From Candidatus Amesbacteria bacterium (lineage in GTDB: Bacteria > Patescibacteriota > Microgenomatia > CAZETR01 > Amesbacteraceae), in the NCBI GenBank assembly GCA_027371535.1, contig DAHXMV010000005.1, forward strand, positions 1 to 55,437: a stretch of DNA of 55,437 nt. Direction: 5' to 3'. The notes beneath the pieces are model-generated. The model was not told the DNA's origin, made no database searches, and was given only the letters and a program-made list of their open reading frames with translations. Position 1 is the first letter of the stretch. The number at the start of each line of letters is the position of its first letter. The translations under genes and the position numbers were made by a program. Shown one piece after another: positions 28,234 through 37,637 of this stretch.

Positions 28234-28788
28234 ATGGCAAAGATTTATACCAAGACCGGGGATGACGGAACAACAGGAACTTTTTTGGGGAGAATAGGAA
28301 AAGGGGAGGAATTGGCAGAAGTATTGGGGACAATAGACGAATTGAATTCGATAATCGGAGTATGCAGGGACGATATCAAGCTAAAATTACAAATCAAAAA
28401 TAACAAATTACAAAAGATAAATTTAGAAACAGAGCTAAAAAGAATACAAACCAATCTAATGGGAATTGCTGCGGGGTTTGCGGGAGCAGAAGTTAAAAGT
28501 TCAAAAATCAAGATTCAGGAAGTAGATCACTTAGAAAAATTAATTGATAATTTGTCTGAGAATTTACCGGAAATAAAAAATTTCATTTATCCAGTAGGGA
28601 ATTTGCAATATACCAGGGCAGTCGCCAGAAGAACGGAAAGAAATATCATGAGATTTATGAATCAAGAAATACGATTTATGAATAAGACGATTCTGATGTA
28701 TCTGAACCGCCTTTCGGATGCACTGTTTGTAATGGGAAGGTGGGTAAATAAGCAGCAGAAAATTGAAGAGGAAATCTGGAAGGGATAG
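28234..28788 (+). CDS. ATP:cob(I)alamin adenosyltransferase, PduO type
   Basis: MAKIYTKTGDDGTTG N-terminus, R..ER and LNRLSD motifs. Contains an in-frame QIKNNKLQK low-complexity insert. Confidence 0.85.
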   Translation: MAKIYTKTGDDGTTGTFLGRIGKGEELAEVLGTIDELNSIIGVCRDDIKLKLQIKNNKLQKINLETELKRIQTNLMGIAAGFAGAEVKSSKIKIQEVDHLEKLIDNLSENLPEIKNFIYPVGNLQYTRAVARRTERNIMRFMNQEIRFMNKTILMYLNRLSDALFVMGRWVNKQQKIEEEIWKG

Positions 28789-28811
28789 CGAATTGCTGCT
28801 AGTATTACAGT

Positions 28812-29393
28812 ATGGCGGATACACAAACAACAAATGGTAACCAAAATACAAATTCCAATGATTTGAGTACTATGGCGGCAGCTATCGCAGACCTGGCAAA
28901 ACTAACTGCCAAACCGACGGAATCGATGCAGGATATAGTGGAGGATTATGAGGAGAACCAGGATGATTTTCAGGCGATGTACAATGCCGGGGGAAGTTTT
29001 AAACAGAAACTCGAGGCGATAGCCAGCAGCTGGCAAAAGGGAGGGGTGGAACATGAGCCCGGAGGCAGGAAAGAAAGACCGGTACAAGCAGTTGAGGAAA
29101 TTCCGGCATCACCTGAAATTGAAAATAAACCGGAACTGGCGGGATATATGGAAAAGGTGGAAAAGGAGGCAGAACTGTCGAAACCAATTGTAGATGATTA
29201 CACCCAGCAGGTATTATTAAAGCCGGCAGCCAACCAAAATCCCAAAGTGATTCTGCCATTAACACTGGAAGAGGAGCAAGCGGGCTTAAAATCGGGTATC
29301 TGGGAAAGTCTGAGGTGGCTGGCTGAATGGTGTGCCAGGCAATTTAAAGCCCTAAAAGGCAGGGCAGAATTTAAAAACAGGACTACCGTCTGA
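28812..29393 (+). CDS. Acidic hypothetical protein
   Basis: LAGYMEKVEKEAEL and LPLTLEEEQAGLKSGIWESLRWLAEWCARQ. Remembered as commonly seen upstream of TraD-like ATPases in CPR genomes. Confidence 0.5.
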   Translation: MADTQTTNGNQNTNSNDLSTMAAAIADLAKLTAKPTESMQDIVEDYEENQDDFQAMYNAGGSFKQKLEAIASSWQKGGVEHEPGGRKERPVQAVEEIPASPEIENKPELAGYMEKVEKEAELSKPIVDDYTQQVLLKPAANQNPKVILPLTLEEEQAGLKSGIWESLRWLAEWCARQFKALKGRAEFKNRTTV

Positions 29394-29429
29394 TAGGCAG
29401 ATAATAGTTATTCGTTGTAAGATAAAAGG

Positions 29430-31781
29430 ATGATAAACGGAGTTGATCCTGTAAGGGTGTTGTGGGAACTGGTGGGTATCGTATTGTTAATACTGTCGCC
29501 ATTTCTGGTAATAGCGGCGGCAATATATGCCTGGATTTTGTGGTACCGGCATAAAGACAGGGAAGAGGCATCGCTTAAAATGGTGTGTCTCTCAGTGGCC
29601 GTGCCCCGGGATAATGAAATTAAAATTGATGCCATGGACCAGATTTTTTCCAGCATCTATTCGATTAAAAAAGGGAGCAGGGGATGGTTTGGAATGCTGA
29701 ATTTTCTGCAGGTGCAGCCGCATATCAGTTTCGAGATTGTGGCCAGGAAAGAAGACATCAGATTTTATATTGTGGTACCGGAAAAGCTGCGGGATCTGGT
29801 GGAGAAAGCCGTCAACGGGGGATATCCGGGGGCGGAAATTACGGTGACAGATGAACCGACAATTTTTTCGGAGACCGGTAAAGTGCAGTTTGCCTGGCTG
29901 GTCTTAAGAAATGCAGCCTACAATCCGGTCCAGACTTACAAAAACCTGGCTACGGATCCCATGTCCGGCCTGACATCCGCCCTGGCTAAAATGGGGGATG
30001 ATGAAGGTGCACACATTCAGATATTGGTGACTCCGGCTGATGCCAAGTGGAAGAGCAAGGGCCGGGCATGGATCGGGAAAACCAAAAGGAATGAAGCGAA
30101 TCCGGAAAAAGCCAGCTACAAAGTGGATCCGAAAGTAATGGAATCGGTGGAAAGCAAGGTCAGTAAGTCGGGTTACTGGACTACCATCAGGGTGGTGGTG
30201 TCGGCAGCTGATAAAGACGTAGCCAAAATGCACATCGACAACATTAAGGCTTCCTTTGAGCAATATAACGGAGACCTGAACGGGTTTAAAGGAAAGAAAG
30301 TGCGACTCAAAGGCTTGTTCATGCAGGATTTTATTTACCGATATCAGCCGGTAATCAGGTGGGGAGACTGGACAGTGTTAAATACGGAAGAACTGGCAAC
30401 AATCTATCATTTTCCGAATAAGACGGTGGAAACACCGCATATCCACTGGCTGTCGGCCAAAAGGGCACCGGCACCGCAGGGAATTGCGACTTCAGGCCTG
30501 TATATAGGTAAGTCGGTTTTTCGCGGAATAACCAGGCCGGTATATATTACAGACCCGGACAGGGAAAGACATATGTATATCATCGGGAGAACGGGGACAG
30601 GAAAAACAGAATTAATGAAAACAATGATTTTGCAGGACCTGAGGGCCGGAAAAGGAATTTGTGTCATTGACCCCCATGACCTGGCTGAAGATTTGCTGGG
30701 TTATATTCCGCCTGAAAGAGCCGAAGATGTAATCTTTTTTGATCCGTCGGATGAAGATTGGCCGATGGGACTGAACCTTTTAGAGACACATTCGGAGGGG
30801 GAACGGCATATGGCGACCAATGCAGTCATCGGGATGATGTACAAACTATACGATCCGCATAAAACGGGGATTATCGGGCCCCGGTTTGAACATGCTATCA
30901 GAAATGCCATGCTGACGGTTATGGATGCCATTCCCGGAGGGACGTTCATAGAAGTTGTGCAGGCACTGCAACGGCCGGAATTTGTGCAGGAAATGCTGCC
31001 CCGGGTCCGCGATCCGTTGGTCCGGAGGTATTGGACGGACCAGATTGCCCAGACCTCGGATTTTCATAAATCGGAAGTATTGGACTATATTGTGTCCAAA
31101 TTCGGACGGTTTGTGACCAATAAAACCATCAGAAATATTATCGGGCAGAATGTATCGGCGTTTGATTTCCGGAGGGTGATGGATGAGGGTAAAATCCTGA
31201 TAATAAATCTGGCCAAGGGGAAGTTGGGGGAGGAAAACAGTAATTTCCTGGGTTTGGTGCTGGTACCGAGGCTAGTGGCGGCCGCCATGAGCAGGGCGAA
31301 TATCCCAGAGAGCCAGAGGCGGCCATTTTACCTGTATGTGGATGAGTTTCAGAATTTTGCCACACCGGATTTTGCGACTATTTTGTCCGAAGCCAGAAAG
31401 TACAAGCTGGATCTGATTGTGGCCAACCAATTCACTTCCCAAATGGAAGATGAGGTAAAGAATGCGGTTTTCGGCAACGTAGGAACACTGATGTCATTTC
31501 GGACCGGAGTAGCCGATGCGAACTTTTTACAGCATGAATTTACGCCCACATTTAACGAAGCGGACCTATTAAATATTGAGAGATTTCATGTATATATTAA
31601 AACGATTGTGAATAACGAGCCGGTGGTGCCGTTTTCGATGGATGTGACCAAAGATATCAAGGCCGAGAGAGGGATGTACAATGAGAAACTGGCTGCCGCC
31701 ATAAAACAACTTTCCAGGCTGAAATTCGGCAGGGATGTGAAGCTGGTGGAGCATGAAATAGCAGAGAGATCAAAGTTATGA
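29430..31781 (+). CDS. Membrane-anchored TraD/VirD4/HerA-like P-loop ATPase
   Basis: N-terminal TM segment. Walker A GRTGTGKTE, Walker B YLYVDEFQNF. TraD/TraG-type C-terminal region. Confidence 0.7.
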   Translation: MINGVDPVRVLWELVGIVLLILSPFLVIAAAIYAWILWYRHKDREEASLKMVCLSVAVPRDNEIKIDAMDQIFSSIYSIKKGSRGWFGMLNFLQVQPHISFEIVARKEDIRFYIVVPEKLRDLVEKAVNGGYPGAEITVTDEPTIFSETGKVQFAWLVLRNAAYNPVQTYKNLATDPMSGLTSALAKMGDDEGAHIQILVTPADAKWKSKGRAWIGKTKRNEANPEKASYKVDPKVMESVESKVSKSGYWTTIRVVVSAADKDVAKMHIDNIKASFEQYNGDLNGFKGKKVRLKGLFMQDFIYRYQPVIRWGDWTVLNTEELATIYHFPNKTVETPHIHWLSAKRAPAPQGIATSGLYIGKSVFRGITRPVYITDPDRERHMYIIGRTGTGKTELMKTMILQDLRAGKGICVIDPHDLAEDLLGYIPPERAEDVIFFDPSDEDWPMGLNLLETHSEGERHMATNAVIGMMYKLYDPHKTGIIGPRFEHAIRNAMLTVMDAIPGGTFIEVVQALQRPEFVQEMLPRVRDPLVRRYWTDQIAQTSDFHKSEVLDYIVSKFGRFVTNKTIRNIIGQNVSAFDFRRVMDEGKILIINLAKGKLGEENSNFLGLVLVPRLVAAAMSRANIPESQRRPFYLYVDEFQNFATPDFATILSEARKYKLDLIVANQFTSQMEDEVKNAVFGNVGTLMSFRTGVADANFLQHEFTPTFNEADLLNIERFHVYIKTIVNNEPVVPFSMDVTKDIKAERGMYNEKLAAAIKQLSRLKFGRDVKLVEHEIAERSKL

Positions 31782-32761
31782 TGGAGCAGGAGAACAAAAT
31801 TGCCGGACATAAAAAGACATTAATAATCATAGCAATGTTAATCGGGGGGCTGGGGCTTTTGGTACTGGTGGGTGCGGGGGGATATTTTTGGGGTGTGAAG
31901 AGTGCGGTTTGGCCATGTCCGAAAATAAATAATGTGATGCAAAGCCAGGTGGCACCGACACCTAAACCGCCTGAGGTGGTGATCATAGATGAACAAAAAC
32001 CATCATTTTCATATTTGTCTCTGGACAGGAAGTATGAACTGCGATTATACGGGGTACCGGATCGGGATTTTCCGACAATGTTTTCCGAATGCAAGGCGAA
32101 AATTTTTGACCAAAAAGGCGAGGAGGTGTTTTGGAATAAAAATTTGGTAAGTGATTTGGTGACATGTTCCAATACCGGGGGGGAAGGGGGGAATGAATGG
32201 CAAGACAATTTTAGGGGGTGGGGGGAAGGAGAAAAGCTGGTTTTTGAAAACGGAGAAGGGTTTTTGATCTATGATTTTCCGAATAATCAAACGGAACCGG
32301 TACAATTTGCAAAGGAGACGGGGAGATTTGTAGCCAGAAATAATGCACTAGATAAGTGGATGCTGAGAAAAGACATGAGCAATAAGACGGAATTCATACT
32401 GGCAGATAAAGAAGGAAAAACGATAGGGGTATGGGATTATCCCAAGTTTGTAGACGGATACTGGGTGGTGATATATGACAAGGTAAATGACGGATTTTGG
32501 ATAGTAACCGAATTTCCAAATGAAGAAGCAAACAGCGGATTATTTGTTACCAGATTTGACTTTTTGAATGCCAAGACCCTGGAACTGAAAATTATTGATG
32601 AAACGGGAGGTTATGAACTGTACGGGAGGGGGTGCGGGGGAGATTCGGGGACAGAGTTTTTTAAGGGAGGGATTGTGATTAAAAACTCCTGCATTACAGT
32701 TCCGGATGATTATAAAAACAAAAATCAGAGGGGGTGGATTACTCTGAATTTAGGGAAGTAA
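31778..32761 (+). CDS. Membrane-anchored hypothetical protein
   Basis: TM anchor followed by a Pro-rich linker. ATGA overlap with the ATPase gene. Confidence 0.5.
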   Translation: MMEQENKIAGHKKTLIIIAMLIGGLGLLVLVGAGGYFWGVKSAVWPCPKINNVMQSQVAPTPKPPEVVIIDEQKPSFSYLSLDRKYELRLYGVPDRDFPTMFSECKAKIFDQKGEEVFWNKNLVSDLVTCSNTGGEGGNEWQDNFRGWGEGEKLVFENGEGFLIYDFPNNQTEPVQFAKETGRFVARNNALDKWMLRKDMSNKTEFILADKEGKTIGVWDYPKFVDGYWVVIYDKVNDGFWIVTEFPNEEANSGLFVTRFDFLNAKTLELKIIDETGGYELYGRGCGGDSGTEFFKGGIVIKNSCITVPDDYKNKNQRGWITLNLGK

Positions 32762-32795
32762 TATTTAGCCTGACAGGTGGTAAAATCGGTGCATT

Positions 32796-32866
32796 GGATC
32801 CATCGTTCACTGGTAGGACGGAACTCTTATAAAGTTCAGAACTTGGTCCGATTCCAAGTGGATCCA
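32796..32866 (+). tRNA. tRNA-Ile(UAU)-like, 71 nt, atypical T loop
   Basis: Hand-folded cloverleaf. Acceptor GGATCCA/TGGATCC, D arm GTTC-ACTGGTA-GGAC, anticodon arm GAACT-CTTATAA-AGTTC, variable loop AGAA, T arm CTTGG-TCCGATT-CCAAG, discriminator A. No encoded CCA. Confidence 0.6.
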
Positions 32867-32922
32867 CTATCTTGTTTATATTTGGTCTGACTCTTGTGTT
32901 AAAAGATAGAGGTAAAAATGGG

Positions 32923-33234
32923 CTAATGTGTTTGGATGGCTAAAGCGTTATGGATAACCAAAAAACTATTAAAGCCAATCGCTGCAATAGCAGCAAATGT
33001 GAGCATTTTTCTCATAGCTGGCGTTGATTTTTCATTAACAATTGTATATAAGAGTGTCCCAAATCCCAAGGTTAAAAATTTAACTGTTTCCGGTGACGCA
33101 GCCATAAGAGGGTTTGCTTCTTTAAGACCAGAATTCAAACCGATTCTTGTTAAAGCCAAATCGGTTAAACTCAATCCTACAGTTACAGCCCAAAGGGCAT
33201 AATTTGCTACTTTGTGGGATGTTTCCAATTTCAT
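32923..33234 (-). CDS. Small polytopic membrane protein (DUF5658-like)
   Basis: Three hydrophobic segments and a KEANPLM motif (from memory). Confidence 0.45.
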   Translation of the reverse strand: MKLETSHKVANYALWAVTVGLSLTDLALTRIGLNSGLKEANPLMAASPETVKFLTLGFGTLLYTIVNEKSTPAMRKMLTFAAIAAIGFNSFLVIHNALAIQTH

Positions 33235-33239
33235 GGTAA

Positions 33240-34115
33240 CTATAGTTCAACAATTCGGGTAAGGGTGAGTTCGTCTTTTATTTCGAGATATTCAAGATAT
33301 TTTTGGGTGCTGGAGAGGCGCTTATGGCCGACGTGCTTGTGGATGACTTCCGGCTGAACTCCGTTCTTCAATTGGTGGGCGATAAAAGTGTGACGCAGGT
33401 CATTAACCTTAACGTCTTTCAAACCGGCCTTTTTGAAGTAGCGGTCAATGCTGGTCCTGATATTTCTGATTAATAGGGGGTGGCCGGTTTTGGTGACAAA
33501 CAGGTGGTCGTCTTTGACCTGGGGGCGGACGGCCAGGTAGTTGGAAACGGCGGTAGAGGCTGATTTGGAGACAGTGATAGTGCGGGCGGGGTTATTTTCT
33601 ATGGATCTGATAAACAACTCGTTTTTTTTGACGTCTTCGGTTCTCAGGTTGGCCAGTTCGGAAATGCGCATCCCGGTTTGGAGCAGGAGTTCAATGACGG
33701 CGCTGATCCGGATATCCAGACGGGAAACATCCCGTAAGGCTTTGTATTCATCAGGGGAAAGGATACGGGGCGGTTTGACTTCATATTTGGGGTGGGGAAG
33801 GTTTCTGGCCGGATTGTCGGTAACCATTTTTTCATCGCTTAAGTAGCGAAAGAAGGTTTTCAGGGAGTTGATCTTGCGGCTGATAGATTTGGCGGTGTAT
33901 TTTTGGGAGAAGAGGTGATTAACGTAATCCTGGAGATGCTCAGTCTGGATAGTAGTGGCCTGGGTAATCCGGCGGGTGGCCATATGATCCTTTAACTGCT
34001 CCAGGTCACTGGAATAGGCAATCCGGGTGGCCGAGGAACGGCTATGGGATTCCAGGTGTTTGAGAAACTTCTCCAGGGCGGTATCGAAGCTGACTGGTTC
34101 GGGTAAATCTTGCAT
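33240..34115 (-). CDS. Tyrosine recombinase, XerC/XerD family
   Basis: N-terminal SAM-like domain. GMRISEL, LRHTFIAH, HVGHKRLSSTQKY catalytic motifs. Confidence 0.85.
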   Translation of the reverse strand: MQDLPEPVSFDTALEKFLKHLESHSRSSATRIAYSSDLEQLKDHMATRRITQATTIQTEHLQDYVNHLFSQKYTAKSISRKINSLKTFFRYLSDEKMVTDNPARNLPHPKYEVKPPRILSPDEYKALRDVSRLDIRISAVIELLLQTGMRISELANLRTEDVKKNELFIRSIENNPARTITVSKSASTAVSNYLAVRPQVKDDHLFVTKTGHPLLIRNIRTSIDRYFKKAGLKDVKVNDLRHTFIAHQLKNGVQPEVIHKHVGHKRLSSTQKYLEYLEIKDELTLTRIVEL

Positions 34116-34198
34116 ACTACAGGTCGTATTTTACCTCACCGATTCTACTCTGTAAAATGGGGAATTGCAACGGGGTGAGTAAGGAAAAGAATTTGGAC

Positions 34199-35542
34199 TT
34201 ACGGGTTGAGGCGGATTTCGCCGCCGCATTCCCAACTCCAGCCGAGGCTATTATAGAGTTTGGTACAAACTTTTTTAATGCCGGTTCCGGGTGATAAGGT
34301 CCAGGTAGCACTGGGCCTGTATGGTTGTGGCGAACTCCAGCCAGATTCGTTTCCGGATAACGAAGTGCAGTAGGCATTAGGATCGGGCATATTATAAAAC
34401 TTCATTTTGGTGGGGACGTTTAAACCGTAAACATGCAAGGTGACAACCGCTGACCTGGTGTTACAGTTTGGGGCGTTATTGTTGAAATCGGTGAACGAGT
34501 CACAACTGTTAATATAAAAGTCGGTCCATGAATTGCAAGATGGAGCAGAGATAGTTATATATGACCAGTTGGGATCTTCGGCGTAACCAATATGGGGGAT
34601 ATTATTGAAAAAGGCTGAGTACCAGACTCTGAAGCGGGTACCGTCGATGATAAATGCGGAGCGGTAGATGTTTGTACTATCCCAGCCTGTGGCAGAGGGT
34701 GAGAGGATCTGACCACCCAAGGTCCAATTAAGCATATTTTCGCTGTAGAAATAATAGAGAGAGGATTTGTTGGTGGGCTTTTTTTCAACCATAAGCATAA
34801 GGTAGTGATTTTGGTAGGGAATGATGTTAACGTGCCAAGCATATGGAAATGAGAGGACGACGGTGTCACCGGCCCAGTTGCCCGTGCCGGTAGCACTGGA
34901 AAGACGATGTACTGTCTGGGCGATGGTATCAACATAAAAAAGATAAAAGAACCCGTTTTGATAAACAACTGACGGGGAGGCAAAATAATTACCGTTCTGG
35001 GTGATTCCGGCAGACTGAGGGGCAGTCCAGTTGCGCCCATCAACCGAGGTGATGTAGTTTAGAGTGGTCTGATTTGAGGATTTGATACTGGTTCGGTAAT
35101 AGATATACATCCTATTGTTTACCAATAACATGTCCGGGTCGCTTTGAAAATAAGCAGTTGATGATGTGTTCGGGTTAGGGGCTACCGGGTTATGACCCGG
35201 GTCAGTCCAGTTTAGGCCGTTGGTGGAAACCAAAACGCTGGGGTTTTCCAACTGGTCGTTTGAATAAGGGTACGGGGTCATAACCATCCAATAACTGTAA
35301 CCCTGCCAACCTCCCGGAATATAAACCACATCCAGATGGACCGCCTGGCCTGAATTGTCGTAGGTCGGGGTGGTCAGATAATTTATGGCGTTTTGGAGAA
35401 GAGGAGGATTGTTGATTCCGGTGGAAGCATGGGGTGAGAGATAAGTACGGTATTGAACAACGATAACCGCTATAAGCAAACTTATACAGAAAAAAAGCAA
35501 TAAACTGAAATGGGGTATGAGGTTGGAAGCGGCTTTTCTCAT
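34199..35542 (-). CDS. Secreted protein, beta-propeller glycoside-hydrolase-like N-domain plus Cys-rich C-domain
   Basis: Signal anchor. YWMVMTPYPYSNDQLENPSVLVSTNGLNW resembles GH43/GH130-type propellers. Weak assignment. Confidence 0.35.
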   Translation of the reverse strand: MRKAASNLIPHFSLLLFFCISLLIAVIVVQYRTYLSPHASTGINNPPLLQNAINYLTTPTYDNSGQAVHLDVVYIPGGWQGYSYWMVMTPYPYSNDQLENPSVLVSTNGLNWTDPGHNPVAPNPNTSSTAYFQSDPDMLLVNNRMYIYYRTSIKSSNQTTLNYITSVDGRNWTAPQSAGITQNGNYFASPSVVYQNGFFYLFYVDTIAQTVHRLSSATGTGNWAGDTVVLSFPYAWHVNIIPYQNHYLMLMVEKKPTNKSSLYYFYSENMLNWTLGGQILSPSATGWDSTNIYRSAFIIDGTRFRVWYSAFFNNIPHIGYAEDPNWSYITISAPSCNSWTDFYINSCDSFTDFNNNAPNCNTRSAVVTLHVYGLNVPTKMKFYNMPDPNAYCTSLSGNESGWSSPQPYRPSATWTLSPGTGIKKVCTKLYNSLGWSWECGGEIRLNP

Positions 35543-35621
35543 TATCCTAACCTAAGTATATTTAAAATAAAATGTCCCAGTCAAGTGGACAAGCTTGGCG
35601 AGCGGGCTTATATTTTTCAAT

Positions 35622-35972
35622 ATGAACAGCAGAATTGTGAGATGGGCGGTGTTGATTATCGGGGTGGTACTGTTTGTCAGGCTGGCCGGTAATGTCCTGA
35701 GACTGGTTAATGCCGGGGGGAGGGTGGCGGATGAGGAAAAAAAGCTAAAGGCTGCCCAGGCCTTAACACAACAATTAAAGGGTCAACTGGCCCAGGTGCA
35801 GACTCCGGAGTATATGGAGAGGGAGGCCAGGGAGAAACTGGGGTACGGGAAACCAGGAGAGGTGGTACTGGTAATGCCACCACAAGATCAAATTACAAAC
35901 AACAAATTACAAATTACAAACCAGGATCAGCAAAACTGGGTTAAATGGAGGAAGTTGTATTTGGGATTTTAA
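35622..35972 (+). CDS. Septum formation initiator (FtsB/DivIC family)
   Basis: TM segment, coiled coil, and PEYMEREAREKLGYGKPGEVV. Start chosen at ATG 35622. C-terminal QITNNKLQITNQ low-complexity insert. Confidence 0.7.
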   Translation: MNSRIVRWAVLIIGVVLFVRLAGNVLRLVNAGGRVADEEKKLKAAQALTQQLKGQLAQVQTPEYMEREAREKLGYGKPGEVVLVMPPQDQITNNKLQITNQDQQNWVKWRKLYLGF

Positions 35973-35975
35973 TTG

Positions 35976-36047
35976 TGGCTACGACAGGATTCGGACCTGT
36001 GACCATGGCCTTATGAAGACCCCGCTCTACCACTGAGCTACGTAGCC
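35976..36047 (-). tRNA. tRNA with CAU anticodon (elongator Met or Ile2), 72 nt
   Basis: Hand fold. GGCTACG/CGTAGCC, D arm GCTC-AGTGGTA-GAGC, anticodon loop TTCATAA, T arm ACAGG-TCCGAAT-CCTGT, discriminator A. Confidence 0.8.
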
Positions 36048-36123
36048 GTGGATCAATTTTAGCAAAAAAACCCATTCCCGGCGGGATTTGAATTTAGCTG
36101 CAGGCACATTTTACAATTAAATA

Positions 36124-36857
36124 GTGAGCAAGAAAAAGGTAACTTTCATTTTAGGGATAATATTAATCTTTGGTTTTATTCTGATTATCCGGAAATACGG
36201 GCAGTAAGTGAAAAAGCCGTTTTACGATGCCGATACGGGCATGATTATTGTGATACCGACCTTTATGCCGACACTGACATTGACACCCAGGTTGAAGAAT
36301 TGGACTACTTATTCCGGCAAGATGAATGGGTGAATTTCAGTTTTAATTACCCGGCAAGCTTAAATTTGGTTCCGGTGAAGTATCCTCATCCGGAGGCGGA
36401 AGGAATGGCTTTGTTTCACAACACTCCAACCAAGAGGGAATATCCCCGTACCTGCGATATGGAGCCAACGGGGTTAAAAGTGGATTCGATACAAGATTTT
36501 GGCCTGGATTTATATTTGGTTTCCGGAAATTTACCGAATATTTATTTAAATTACTGGGGAGGGAATATTTATGACCCAAAACAGGCAATGGCAATCAGCT
36601 GGCCGGATAACAAACCTACTGGGTATAAATTGATAGATGAATACCAGGAGATGCTGCAAGGTTGTGCCAAAGACATGTATTTTATCCGGATGGGTCAGGA
36701 CAAAACACTGATCATTGAAAGAAATATTCAATTAAACAGACTGGCAAAGTGGTTACCGGAATTTGCCCGGGTACTATCACAGACTGATGTGATTACCGAT
36801 GCCGAAGCGGAAAATACATTTAACCGGGTGGTAACAAGTTTCCAGGTGATGAAGTAG
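36124..36857 (+). pseudogene. Disrupted member of the ILSTFKF-type secreted protein family
   Basis: GTG start plus signal anchor (VSKKKVTFILGIILIFGFILII), in-frame TAA at 36205-36207, then a frame change near 36310-36330 (NWTTYS in one frame, DEWVNFSFNYP in another). Ends with the family-like FNRVVTSFQVMK. Confidence 0.5.
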
Positions 36858-36902
36858 TTTTTTTTGGGAAGCCTGATTTAATTTGCGTATTTCTACAGCG
36901 AT

Positions 36903-37595
36903 TCAGGGAGCTTCTTCACGGCAAAAGAAGAAGGTTTGACTGATGAAGTTTTTCCAACCGGCATAGCTGATAAAACCGTCAAACATTCTGAGACCTCTTT
37001 TCAGGCCGGTAAATAAGCCCCATTTTTGGAATTTAGACCGGTTATGGATGGAAAACGGCATCCAGTAAACAATCTTGTGGTTTGTCTGCATATAGGTGTT
37101 GATGGCAACTTCAATGTCGTAACCGGAGATGTTATTTTTATAGACATTTTTCAAATCGATTCTCCTTAGTATTCTCTGACCGCTGTATATAATGTCATGC
37201 CTGATCCAATGACTCAGAACCACAGTTTTATCCTGTACCCGACGCATAATAATCATACCGATTTTTGGGTTTTGGTTTATTTTTTGGACAGCGTTTTCGA
37301 TTTCTTCAGGCTTAATATTATCCAGGTCTCCATCCAAGAGAAATATATAATGGGCTTTGGCTGTTTTAAGACCGGTTCTAACGGCTTCAGCTTTGCCTCT
37401 ATTCTTAACTAACCTGATAATGGTAATTTGGGGAAATTGAGATTTGAGCTGATGATAGGCGGATTGGTCATGTGAACCATCATCCACCACAATTATTCTG
37501 GAGAAACTTTTGACCCCGAGCACGGATTTGACTACACCAATAGGACGCAGACCTTCATCGAAATATGGGATTATGCAATCACAACTGCCACTCAC
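36903..37595 (-). CDS. Glycosyltransferase family 2
   Basis: VVDDGSHDQS and LLDGDLD motifs. Confidence 0.7.
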   Translation of the reverse strand: MSGSCDCIIPYFDEGLRPIGVVKSVLGVKSFSRIIVVDDGSHDQSAYHQLKSQFPQITIIRLVKNRGKAEAVRTGLKTAKAHYIFLLDGDLDNIKPEEIENAVQKINQNPKIGMIIMRRVQDKTVVLSHWIRHDIIYSGQRILRRIDLKNVYKNNISGYDIEVAINTYMQTNHKIVYWMPFSIHNRSKFQKWGLFTGLKRGLRMFDGFISYAGWKNFISQTFFFCREEAP

Positions 37596-37637
37596 TGACG
37601 AAATTATAAACTACAAGATATGAAAGTTATTTATTCA

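Noticed and set aside
35976-36047. tRNA(CAU) at 36 kb as the integration target and left border of the island.
   Set aside because: Its 3' end points toward lower coordinates, away from the island, and its sequence is unrelated to the GTTGCGGGG repeat. The repeats match the tRNA at 49.5 kb instead.
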